Below are positions 56,564-64,000 of a stretch of 64,000 nt of DNA, piece by piece. The DNA is taken from positions 1 to 64,000 of the IMG/VR virus record IMGVR_UViG_2910822364_000002; one strand, 5' to 3'. Made by a program: the position numbers and the translations under genes. Source of the DNA: a virus. Its lineage: Duplodnaviria > Caudoviricetes. How positions within the stretch are numbered: position 1 is the first letter of the stretch; each line of letters opens with the position of its first letter. The notes under the pieces are model-generated. The model did no database searches. It saw only the letters and a list, made by a program, of their open reading frames with translations, and was not told the DNA's origin.

Positions 56564-57958
56564 ATGATAAAAGAAATTATTGAGCGAATAAGGCAGGTGA
56601 TAAGAAAAATGCTTGGAAAAGAAAATATCAGGGATGCGATCGGAGTTGATGTTGCCGTATCAGACAAGATGGCAAGAGAAATTGATCTCTGGTCGAAGAT
56701 GTATAAAAATCAACCGCCGTGGAAAAGAAAAGAACTGAAACTTTGCGGATTACCTGCAGCTATTGCCGGAGAATTTGCAAGGCTTGTCACACTGGAATTA
56801 AAAACAGAGATCACAGGGAATAAGTTTCTCAACGATGAATACCAAACTGTGATTGATAATATACGAACCTATACGGAATATGCCTGTGCAAAGGGTGGAC
56901 TTGCAATGAAGCCTTACGTGTCGGATGGGCATATAGAAGTGGACATGGTTCAGGCCGATCGGTTCTTTCCTGTAAAATTTAATTCCAGAGGAGAAGTTAT
57001 TGCAGCAGTATTTATGGAAACTGTCACGATAGGAAAACAGGTATATACAAGACTGGAATATCATCGACACGATGAAAAGACGGCTACATACTACATTATC
57101 AACAAAGCTTTTGTAAGGCAGGACCTTGATAACGTTGAGGTGTTAGGAAAAGAAGTACCGCTTAGTGCTGTACCGGAGTGGGCCGATCTTGAAGAAACTG
57201 TCACAATCATAAATGTGAAGAAGCCGTTATTTGCATATTTCAAGATTCCGAATGCAAATAACGTTGATGATTCATCTCCGTTGGGAGTATCTGTATATTC
57301 CAGAGCGGTAGATGACATCAAAGAAGCGGATTATCAATGGACGAGGATATTATGGGAATTTGAGGGATCTGAATTAGCAATTGATGGAGACGTTAGCTTA
57401 TTTAAGCGAAAAGAAAACGGAGAATTTGACCTTCCAAAAGGAAAAGAAAGACTTTTCCGAATGATGGATTTTGACGATGATAAGGAGCAGTACAAGGTAT
57501 TTGCACCGCCGATCCGTGATAAGAGCCTTATCAATGGATTTAATGCGATTCTTCGTAGGGTAGAGTTTAATTCTGGATTGGCATATGGAACTCTGAGCGA
57601 TCTGAACACAGTTGATAAGACTGCAGAAGAGATTAAGACAAGTAAACAACGATCATACAGCACAGTATCTGATATTCAAAAAGCTTTGCAGAAAGCATTA
57701 GAACAATTGATCTATGCAATGGATGTGATCGCACAACTTTCAAATCTAAATGGCGGTAAGAAGTATGAGGTCAGTTTTGACTGGGATGATTCGATTGTGA
57801 TCGACAAAGAACAGGAACTGCAGAGTATGCAGCAGGATGCAACAGCAGGACTGATCCGAAAAGAAATATACATTGCGGCCAAGTATGGCGTATCTGAGGA
57901 AGAAGCATTGAAAATGATGCCGGTACAGGATGATCGTTTTACCATCCAGGAAGAGTAG
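56564..57958 (+). CDS. Portal protein (SPP1/A118-type)
   Basis: After terL; SPLGVSVY, KTAEEI, FDWDDS. Confidence 0.9.
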   Translation: MIKEIIERIRQVIRKMLGKENIRDAIGVDVAVSDKMAREIDLWSKMYKNQPPWKRKELKLCGLPAAIAGEFARLVTLELKTEITGNKFLNDEYQTVIDNIRTYTEYACAKGGLAMKPYVSDGHIEVDMVQADRFFPVKFNSRGEVIAAVFMETVTIGKQVYTRLEYHRHDEKTATYYIINKAFVRQDLDNVEVLGKEVPLSAVPEWADLEETVTIINVKKPLFAYFKIPNANNVDDSSPLGVSVYSRAVDDIKEADYQWTRILWEFEGSELAIDGDVSLFKRKENGEFDLPKGKERLFRMMDFDDDKEQYKVFAPPIRDKSLINGFNAILRRVEFNSGLAYGTLSDLNTVDKTAEEIKTSKQRSYSTVSDIQKALQKALEQLIYAMDVIAQLSNLNGGKKYEVSFDWDDSIVIDKEQELQSMQQDATAGLIRKEIYIAAKYGVSEEEALKMMPVQDDRFTIQEE

Positions 57959-57968
57959 GTGATCACAG

Positions 57969-59732
57969 ATGCTTGATCCGAAGTATTTGGAAAAGTTCTC
58001 CGATCAGTTACTTGGCATCATTGACACTCTGACAATAGCGATCATATCTGATATGGCAAAAAGAATCGTAAAGATGGGAAATGTATCAGAGTCAACAAAA
58101 CATCAGGCTGAAGTTTTACAGAATGCAGGTCTTGTTTATAAAGATACGATCAAGCGAGTAAGTCAGGTATCGGGGTACCAGAATCGAGAAGTTGAGCGGA
58201 TGTACCAGGAAGCAGGAGTCAGAAACTTAAAAAATGAAGCTGTCTATTACAAACAGGCAGGGAAAGAAGCCATTGTTAAACTTGAACAGTCAAATGGTAT
58301 GCAAAGGATTCTGCAGGCAAACGTCAGAAAGACATGCCAGGAATTAGATAACCTGACAATGACAACAGCTGTTAAAACACAATCTGCTTTTATCCAGGCA
58401 TGCAATAAGGCACAGATGAAAGTAAGTACCGGAGCGTTTAGTTATGACAAAGCCATTGCAGATGCGATCAAAGAGGCAGCAGTGCAGGGAACAGAAGTCT
58501 TATATCCGTCACAGCATGTCGATAAATTAGATGTCGCAGTAAGAAGAGCTGTACTTACCGGAGTAAACCAGACTGCAGCAGAAATGAACTTGCAATACGC
58601 AAAAGATCAGAATTGTGATTATGTTGAAACAACTGCACATGAAGGAGCAAGACCGGAACATGCCGTATGGCAAGGGAAGGTCTTTTGTTTATCTGGGACT
58701 GATCCGAAGTATGAAAACTTCTATGAAGCAACAGGATATGGAACAGGGCCAGGTTTATGTGGTTGGAATTGCCGCCATAACTTCCATGCATTTTTCCCAG
58801 GAATATCGACGCTAGCATATACGCAAGAGATGTTAGATGATTATTCTGCAAAGAATGTTGAATACAATGGAAAGCAATTTACAGAGTATGAAGCGGGTCA
58901 GATGCAGAGAGGTCATGAACGACAGATCAGAGAGACAAAGAGGAAACTTGCTGGATATAATTCAGCGATCAGTGAAGCGAAAGATGATTTAAAAAATACT
59001 TTACAGAATCGGTTTAATGAAGAATCTGTGAGATTAAAGAAACAGGAAGCAGCATTAAAAGTTTTCTGCAAAGAAACAGGAAGGCGATATGAGTCTGCAA
59101 GAGTTCAGATCCATGCGGTGAAGAACAAAGCAGGAGATATCGTTGGATTCAACCGAAGTGTAGCACAGAAGGCTGTATGGCAAGATCGAAAGAATATCTT
59201 TAAGAATCAAATGTCTAAACAGTTAGAAAAACTGGCAGAAGAAGAAAAGAAGGCAATCTGGCGATATACTGGTAATGCAGCGAACCGAGTGAACAGTGCA
59301 ATATATTCTGGAAAACAGCAAAGAATTGATCAGGAAAAAGGATTTATGGATCTGTTGGATTCTGCATTAAGTAAAGGTACTGCAGAACATAAAATGGTAG
59401 TTCATCGTGATACGATTCCAGAATATTTAAATGCATTTCCAAAAGGTTTTCAATATTCCGAAGAGGATATAAAAAGAATGAATGGAATGACCTTAACGAA
59501 TAAAGGTTATACATCTACATCTTTTCATGACATAATGTATCAGGGGAGAAATGTTCATCTTGAAATTGAGATCCCTAAAGGGTATAAAGGCTGTTTATAT
59601 ATAAAAGATGTCGCAACTGAAAAATACAAAAATCAAGAAGAAGTGTTGTTTAAACGAGGATTTCAGTATAAAATAAAAAGTGTAAATAAAGAAAAGGACA
59701 GATACTATATCAAAGCGGAGGCTGTTTTATGA
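57969..59732 (+). CDS. Minor capsid protein (MuF/Phage_min_cap2) fused to an ADP-ribosyltransferase domain
   Basis: RRAVLTG..Q, HEGARPEH, GLCGWNCRH; C-terminal YTG..., VVHR, YTSTS, QEE. Confidence 0.88.
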   Translation: MLDPKYLEKFSDQLLGIIDTLTIAIISDMAKRIVKMGNVSESTKHQAEVLQNAGLVYKDTIKRVSQVSGYQNREVERMYQEAGVRNLKNEAVYYKQAGKEAIVKLEQSNGMQRILQANVRKTCQELDNLTMTTAVKTQSAFIQACNKAQMKVSTGAFSYDKAIADAIKEAAVQGTEVLYPSQHVDKLDVAVRRAVLTGVNQTAAEMNLQYAKDQNCDYVETTAHEGARPEHAVWQGKVFCLSGTDPKYENFYEATGYGTGPGLCGWNCRHNFHAFFPGISTLAYTQEMLDDYSAKNVEYNGKQFTEYEAGQMQRGHERQIRETKRKLAGYNSAISEAKDDLKNTLQNRFNEESVRLKKQEAALKVFCKETGRRYESARVQIHAVKNKAGDIVGFNRSVAQKAVWQDRKNIFKNQMSKQLEKLAEEEKKAIWRYTGNAANRVNSAIYSGKQQRIDQEKGFMDLLDSALSKGTAEHKMVVHRDTIPEYLNAFPKGFQYSEEDIKRMNGMTLTNKGYTSTSFHDIMYQGRNVHLEIEIPKGYKGCLYIKDVATEKYKNQEEVLFKRGFQYKIKSVNKEKDRYYIKAEAVL

Positions 59733-60034
59733 GTGGAATAGGATATTATTATGATGAAAATGGTGTGAAACAAGAAATGGAAATAGGTCCGAGTTTTGAT
59801 GACTTTCCTGGAATGGCAAAAGTGACAAGTCCTATACCAATATGCCATGCATGCAGAAAAGCAGATTTTGATGAAAAAGGTTACGAAACTTTATGTAAAG
59901 TGTATGGTAAGATACCAAGCAAACATTTAAAAGCAAAAGATTATAATTGCCCATATTTTGATAACGAAAATAATGGGTGGTATCAGTTGATAAAAGATAA
60001 AGTAGAAAAAGCAAAGGGTGAGAACAATGGATAA
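59729..60034 (+). CDS. Small Cys-containing protein, candidate ART immunity protein
   Basis: ATGA overlap with the toxin stop; CHAC..C..Y..IP...C.YF. Confidence 0.6.
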   Translation: MSGIGYYYDENGVKQEMEIGPSFDDFPGMAKVTSPIPICHACRKADFDEKGYETLCKVYGKIPSKHLKAKDYNCPYFDNENNGWYQLIKDKVEKAKGENNG

Positions 60035-60347
60035 CTTTAAAGCAGTATATAAAATCTTATCAGCATTGGAAAAAGCAATGGATTATCCAGAATTTGATAT
60101 CAACGATGTTGGATCAGAAGCATTAGGAGTTTCTGAAGAACGTTGGGCACGATATATAGAGATGATGGTTGATGTCGGATATATTAAGGGTGTAAGTATA
60201 AAACGTGATATCACAGGAGCAACAAGGATTAATGCAAGCGATGTCAGAATTACGTTAAAGGGTCTTGAGTATCTGCAGGAAAATTCAATGATGAAGAAAG
60301 TATATAATGCCGTAAAAGGAATCAAGGATATAACACCAGGTTTATAA
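60027..60347 (+). CDS. YjcQ-family winged-helix protein
   Basis: MDNFKAVYKILSALEKAMD, ITLKGLEYLQENSMMKK. Confidence 0.85.
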   Translation: MDNFKAVYKILSALEKAMDYPEFDINDVGSEALGVSEERWARYIEMMVDVGYIKGVSIKRDITGATRINASDVRITLKGLEYLQENSMMKKVYNAVKGIKDITPGL

Positions 60348-60352
60348 ATATG

Positions 60353-60383
60353 TACCATCTGATCGACGTCAGGTGGTATTTTT
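60353..60383 (+). terminator. Intrinsic terminator
   Basis: TACCATCTGA/TCAGGTGGTA followed by TTTTT. Confidence 0.75.
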
Positions 60384-60529
60384 ATACGAAATTTTAAGAA
60401 AGGAGCAGCGAAACATGAAGTCAACAGAATAGAAAGGACGGTAATCCAAATATCTCCCGGCAGCAGGGTTAAGCTGCAGAAGACACGCAGAGAGATCTGG
60501 GTGTTATTTTTATGCAAAGAAATAACATT

Positions 60530-60591
60530 GGTCAGCTGATCAGACCTTAAACAGTCGGTTCGTGGCGGTCGGTTACACGCCTAAAACAACC
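60530..60591 (+). ncRNA. Structured leader upstream of the scaffold gene (candidate GP20-type motif)
   Basis: Two stem-TAAA units: GGTC..GACC-TTAAA and GGTT..GGCG..CGCC-TAAAA..AACC. Confidence 0.45.
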
Positions 60592-60615
60592 TAATACGAA
60601 AGGAGAACGAGCAAC

Positions 60616-61212
60616 ATGAAAACAGAATTTTTAAAAGAGCTAGGACTTACCCAGGAAGTGATCGATAAGATCATGGCCGAAAACGGGAAAGACATCGCAG
60701 CAGAACAGAAGAAATCAGAAAAGATCACTCAGGAGCGAGACAGCTACAAGCTGAAATCAGAAAGTCTTGAAACTCAGGTAAACGATGCAAATGAAGAAAT
60801 TCAGAAGTTTAGGGACATGGACATTGACGGCATCAAGCAGGCAGCAGATGACTGGAAAGAGAAAGCTGAGAAAGCAAAGAGTGATGCAGATGCCCAGATT
60901 TCAGAATTGAAATTTGATTATGCATTATCTGCAGCATTGACAGGAGCGAGAGCTAGAAATAGCAAAGCGGTCAAGGCATTACTTGATATGGATGGACTGA
61001 AATTAAACGATGGAAAGATCATCGGTTTAGATGAACAGCTGTCACAGATCAAGGAAGAAAACGGCTTTTTGTTCGAAAGTGATGAACCTGCACCAACGAT
61101 CGTTAAAGGAACAAATGGTGGTTCTGGCGGTATTGGTGGAAAGAAACCAAGTGAAATGACATATTCGGAACTCTGTGACTATATGGAACAGAATCCCGGA
61201 GCAGAGATTTAA
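60616..61212 (+). CDS. Capsid scaffolding protein (Phage GP20 family)
   Basis: MKTEFLKELGL...IMAENGKDI; KAVKALLD; GLDEQL..IKE...FLF. Confidence 0.9.
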   Translation: MKTEFLKELGLTQEVIDKIMAENGKDIAAEQKKSEKITQERDSYKLKSESLETQVNDANEEIQKFRDMDIDGIKQAADDWKEKAEKAKSDADAQISELKFDYALSAALTGARARNSKAVKALLDMDGLKLNDGKIIGLDEQLSQIKEENGFLFESDEPAPTIVKGTNGGSGGIGGKKPSEMTYSELCDYMEQNPGAEI

Positions 61213-61227
61213 ATAAAGGAGTAAAAA

Positions 61228-62355
61228 ATGGCAGGAGAAAAATTTGATTCTAAATCATTCAATCCTCAGGCATTCGGTGCCTACACAGAGAGGATTCCAA
61301 ATTTAAAAAAGAACGAGCTGATCAAGTCCAGAGCCCTAAAAGGTAATCAGGATATCAAAAACACGTTCAGTTCTCAGACAGGAACAGTATATGCAGTATT
61401 GCCAATGCATGGTCTGATCGGTGGAGCAGCACAGAACTATGATGGTGAGACAGATCTTAAGTCTGAAAACACAGACACATTTGAAAGAGGTGTTGTTGTA
61501 GTTGGTCGTATGAAAGGATGGACTGAGCGAGACTTTTCAGAAGATGTTACAGGTGGTGTAAGTTTTATGGACAATGTTGCAGCACAGGTCAATGATTACA
61601 AAGCTGATCTTGATCAGACAACATTAGTAAAGATTCTGGATGGTGTCTTTGCAATGACCGGAAAAGAAAACAAAGTCTTTGTTGATAAACATACATCTGA
61701 TATCACAGAAGTAACAGCAACTGACAAAGATGGAAACGTAAAGAACGTTGTACAGGCTGACACGTTAAATACAGCTTTACAGAAAGCAGCAGGAGATAAT
61801 AAGTCTAAGTTTACGATCGCGATCATGCACAGTGCGGTAGCAACAAACCTTGAAAATCTGAAGCTGTTAAAATACATGACACAGACAGATGCAAATGGAG
61901 TTGAAAGAGACTTAACTCTTGCGACATGGAATGGTCGTCTGGTTCTGATCGATGATTCCATGCCAGCAGAAGAAGTTGCTGCAGTAGAAGAAAGTGGAAC
62001 AAAGGGAGAGTCTGGTTATGTTGCAGCACAGGAAGCTTACACAAAATATACAACTTATGTATTAGGTGATGGGGCTTTTGACTATGAAGATATCGGCGCA
62101 AAGGTGCCATATGAAATGCATCGTGATCCAAAAACACATGGTGGAGAAGATACTCTGTATATGAGACAGAGAAAAGTATTTGCACCATACGGAATTTCGT
62201 TTACTAGAAAATCTATGGCTGCAAAATCCCCAACAGATGCAGAACTTGCTGATGGATCTAACTGGACACTGGTTGATAACGGAAAAACAAATTCCGATAA
62301 GAAAGTGATCGATCACAAAGCAATTCCAATCGCAAGAATCATTTCCAGAGGGTAG
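61228..62355 (+). CDS. Major capsid protein
   Basis: After scaffold; FDSKSFNPQAFG, NYDGETD, AIMHSAVAT, APYGISF. Confidence 0.88.
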   Translation: MAGEKFDSKSFNPQAFGAYTERIPNLKKNELIKSRALKGNQDIKNTFSSQTGTVYAVLPMHGLIGGAAQNYDGETDLKSENTDTFERGVVVVGRMKGWTERDFSEDVTGGVSFMDNVAAQVNDYKADLDQTTLVKILDGVFAMTGKENKVFVDKHTSDITEVTATDKDGNVKNVVQADTLNTALQKAAGDNKSKFTIAIMHSAVATNLENLKLLKYMTQTDANGVERDLTLATWNGRLVLIDDSMPAEEVAAVEESGTKGESGYVAAQEAYTKYTTYVLGDGAFDYEDIGAKVPYEMHRDPKTHGGEDTLYMRQRKVFAPYGISFTRKSMAAKSPTDAELADGSNWTLVDNGKTNSDKKVIDHKAIPIARIISRG

Positions 62356-62368
62356 GCGGTGATCCGGT

Positions 62369-62776
62369 ATGGTGGAATATGCAGACAGGGATTTTTATGA
62401 AAATACATTTCATGGCGAGATCATACCGGAGAAAGCTTTCCCTAGTATGATCTTAAAGGCGAGTATCTTTGTGAAGTTTCTTACTTTTTCCAGAGTCGAT
62501 GATATGACAGAGATTCCAGAAGAGGTAAGCTTGGCCACATGTGCGATAGCAGATGTGATGTATCAGGATGGAATGAGAAAAGATGATGCAGGAAGGGAGA
62601 TTGCAAGTGAGAACAACGATGGATACAGCGTAAGTTTTGTGACGAGTCAGAGCAAAACAACAGGCACTGTGGAGCATCGTTGTAAGAAAGCAGCATATCC
62701 TTATCTTGCACATACGGGACTCTTGTACAGGGGGTGTGGACCATATGATGACAAATGCAGATCTGACGATCTATAA
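62369..62776 (+). CDS. Head-tail connector protein
   Basis: YAD..FY; SENNDGYSVSF; YLAHTGLLYRG. Confidence 0.8.
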   Translation: MVEYADRDFYENTFHGEIIPEKAFPSMILKASIFVKFLTFSRVDDMTEIPEEVSLATCAIADVMYQDGMRKDDAGREIASENNDGYSVSFVTSQSKTTGTVEHRCKKAAYPYLAHTGLLYRGCGPYDDKCRSDDL

Positions 62777-63155
62777 CAATCGTGGAGTTGATAAAAAGAC
62801 AGCACGAAAGCTTTATTTAAAGACTCAGATCAAAGGTGTCAGTTTTTACACAAAGCAGCAGACAACTGTTACCGATCAGGGACTTAGTTCTGCAGATATG
62901 TATCAGATCCGCATTCCTTTATCTGCAGATACGGAAGGGAAAGAATACATTGATGCTGATAAGTATCGGGAATTATCTGCAGAAGAAGCAGAAAAATACT
63001 GGACGATCAATAACGGAGATCTGTTTGGAAAAGGATTGTTAGAAGATTTTGAGAAAGAATCAGAATTTTTAAAGCAGCAGCACACAGGAAAAGTATTATC
63101 GTTTTCGGATAACCGGAGAGGAAGTTTGCCACATTGGAGAATCGGAGGTGCTTAA
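62745..63155 (+). CDS. Head-closure/virion protein
   Basis: MTNADLTIYN...HWRIGG; position in head-tail module. Confidence 0.7.
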   Translation: MMTNADLTIYNNRGVDKKTARKLYLKTQIKGVSFYTKQQTTVTDQGLSSADMYQIRIPLSADTEGKEYIDADKYRELSAEEAEKYWTINNGDLFGKGLLEDFEKESEFLKQQHTGKVLSFSDNRRGSLPHWRIGGA

Positions 63156-63157
63156 AT

Positions 63158-63487
63158 ATGGGAACACAAGTTAAAGTCGAACTTTCGCCCGATCAGATCT
63201 TAAAGACAAGAGGTCTTCAAGTTGGTGGACCCGCACAAAGATTTTTTACCGGAGAGTTCCGAAGAAAGATGGATCCATATGTTCCATTTTTAACCGGAGT
63301 ATTAAAAGATACTGCAATAGAAAATGTGGACTCAATCCAGTTTGTAACTCCATATGCACAAAAGCAATATCACGAGAACAAAGGGAATGGACTTCGTGGC
63401 AAAGAATGGGATCAAAGATGTTGGGCAGACAATGGAGATCAGATTGTTCAGTCTGTTGCAGATTTTGTAGGAGGTAAAGCAGAATGA
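63158..63487 (+). CDS. Minor capsid/tail-completion protein
   Basis: MDPYVPF.TG.L; TPYA..QY; RGKEWDQR. Confidence 0.78.
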   Translation: MGTQVKVELSPDQILKTRGLQVGGPAQRFFTGEFRRKMDPYVPFLTGVLKDTAIENVDSIQFVTPYAQKQYHENKGNGLRGKEWDQRCWADNGDQIVQSVADFVGGKAE

Positions 63488-63921
63488 GTGTGATCGCAAG
63501 TGTGAGAGCATTTATCCAGGACTATCCAGGATTATCAGCATTCGATGATCTGGTGGGCGTGGAACATCTTCCGGAGGATACAAAAAGTTATGCGATTGAA
63601 GCATCTGTAACATCACAGCCAATCAAAAGGCGGTATATTAACGGTGACACAGAACGCCGTTTTAATTTTGTCCTGGCAAGCCGTGAGTACTTCGGGGCAG
63701 ACGTTGCAGAGAATATTGACGTAGCAGAGTTTTACGAAGATTTCTCAGACTGGTTGGAACGATGCACAATCAATAACGAACTTCCGGAAATGGATAAAGG
63801 AAAAAGAGCAATTAAAATACAGGCACTGACAAATGGCTATGTGTTTAACGCAGATGCGACTAAAGCACAGTATCAGATTCAGTGCCAATTAATTTATTAT
63901 CAGAAATTAGGAGGAATATAA
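63484..63921 (+). CDS. Probable tail terminator protein
   Basis: Before major tail; YQIQCQLIYY. Confidence 0.7.
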   Translation: MSVIASVRAFIQDYPGLSAFDDLVGVEHLPEDTKSYAIEASVTSQPIKRRYINGDTERRFNFVLASREYFGADVAENIDVAEFYEDFSDWLERCTINNELPEMDKGKRAIKIQALTNGYVFNADATKAQYQIQCQLIYYQKLGGI

Positions 63922-63922
63922 A

Positions 63923-64000
63923 ATGGCAGAAACAGCAAGCAAAACAGTAAAACAGCGTTATCAGGAAGCATCTTATTTAAAGGTGTCTGAAGCGTTTGAA
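63923..64000 (+). CDS. Probable major tail protein, 5' end only
   Basis: RBS AGGAGG; MAETASKTVKQRYQEASYLKVSEAFE runs off the window. Confidence 0.55.
   Translation, partial: MAETASKTVKQRYQEASYLKVSEAFE

Larger units (their letters stand above)
38140..64000 (+). mobile_element. Prophage 2 (temperate siphovirus-like), continues beyond the window
   Basis: Canonical order int-ltp-immA-immR-cro-recombination-replication-terminase-portal-capsid-tail. Confidence 0.95.

Noticed and set aside
4104-62744. Numerous 60-200 aa ORFs antisense to or nested in long genes (e.g. 4104-4700, 18966-19391, 20518-21102, 24743-25258)
   Set aside because: No RBS or recognisable motifs, and composition typical of shadow frames; only 7164-7703 was retained because of its RBS and family-like motifs.
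1-64000. CRISPR array, DGR, retron or intact IS element
   Set aside because: No regularly spaced repeat-spacer array, reverse transcriptase, transposase or template/variable repeat pair was seen by eye.

Overview
The window holds three nested or adjacent mobile elements from a low-GC gut Firmicute (Lachnospiraceae-like, inferred from gene content). (1) 1-2766: remnant of prophage 1, with a tyrosine integrase and two Ig-like (Big_2) secreted-protein genes, the second cut at about 2767. (2) About 2770-38140: a large truncated conjugative element (ICE). It opens with a scar of gene fragments (parA 3', parB 5', group II intron 5' end, MerR-type promoter plus truncated flavodoxin). It continues with ParM/ParR, two DNA methyltransferases, amidoligase plus GGCT, a SpaA adhesin, MetK, MobC/relaxase and a Gram-positive T4SS (VirD4, VirB6, PrgI, VirB4, CHAP hydrolase). 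Its cargo is a DUF1906 hydrolase with a premature stop, a LytTR/GHKL pair and a WapA/RHS-like gene cut at about 38140. No ICE recombinase is visible. (3) About 38140-64000: prophage 2 from attL through integrase, Ltp, ImmA/ImmR/Cro, the recombination/replication module, HicAB, a tRNA(CAT), terminase, portal, a MuF-ART toxin fusion, capsid and the start of the tail. Main non-obvious signals: repeated cis-antisense sRNA cassettes in the lysogeny operons, three long RNA stems (21-26 bp, G-U-only mismatches) looping out 52-185 nt in the early lytic operon, a second protein encoded inside the C5 methyltransferase gene, and a shared basic C-terminal-Arg tail on many ICE proteins. No CRISPR array was found.
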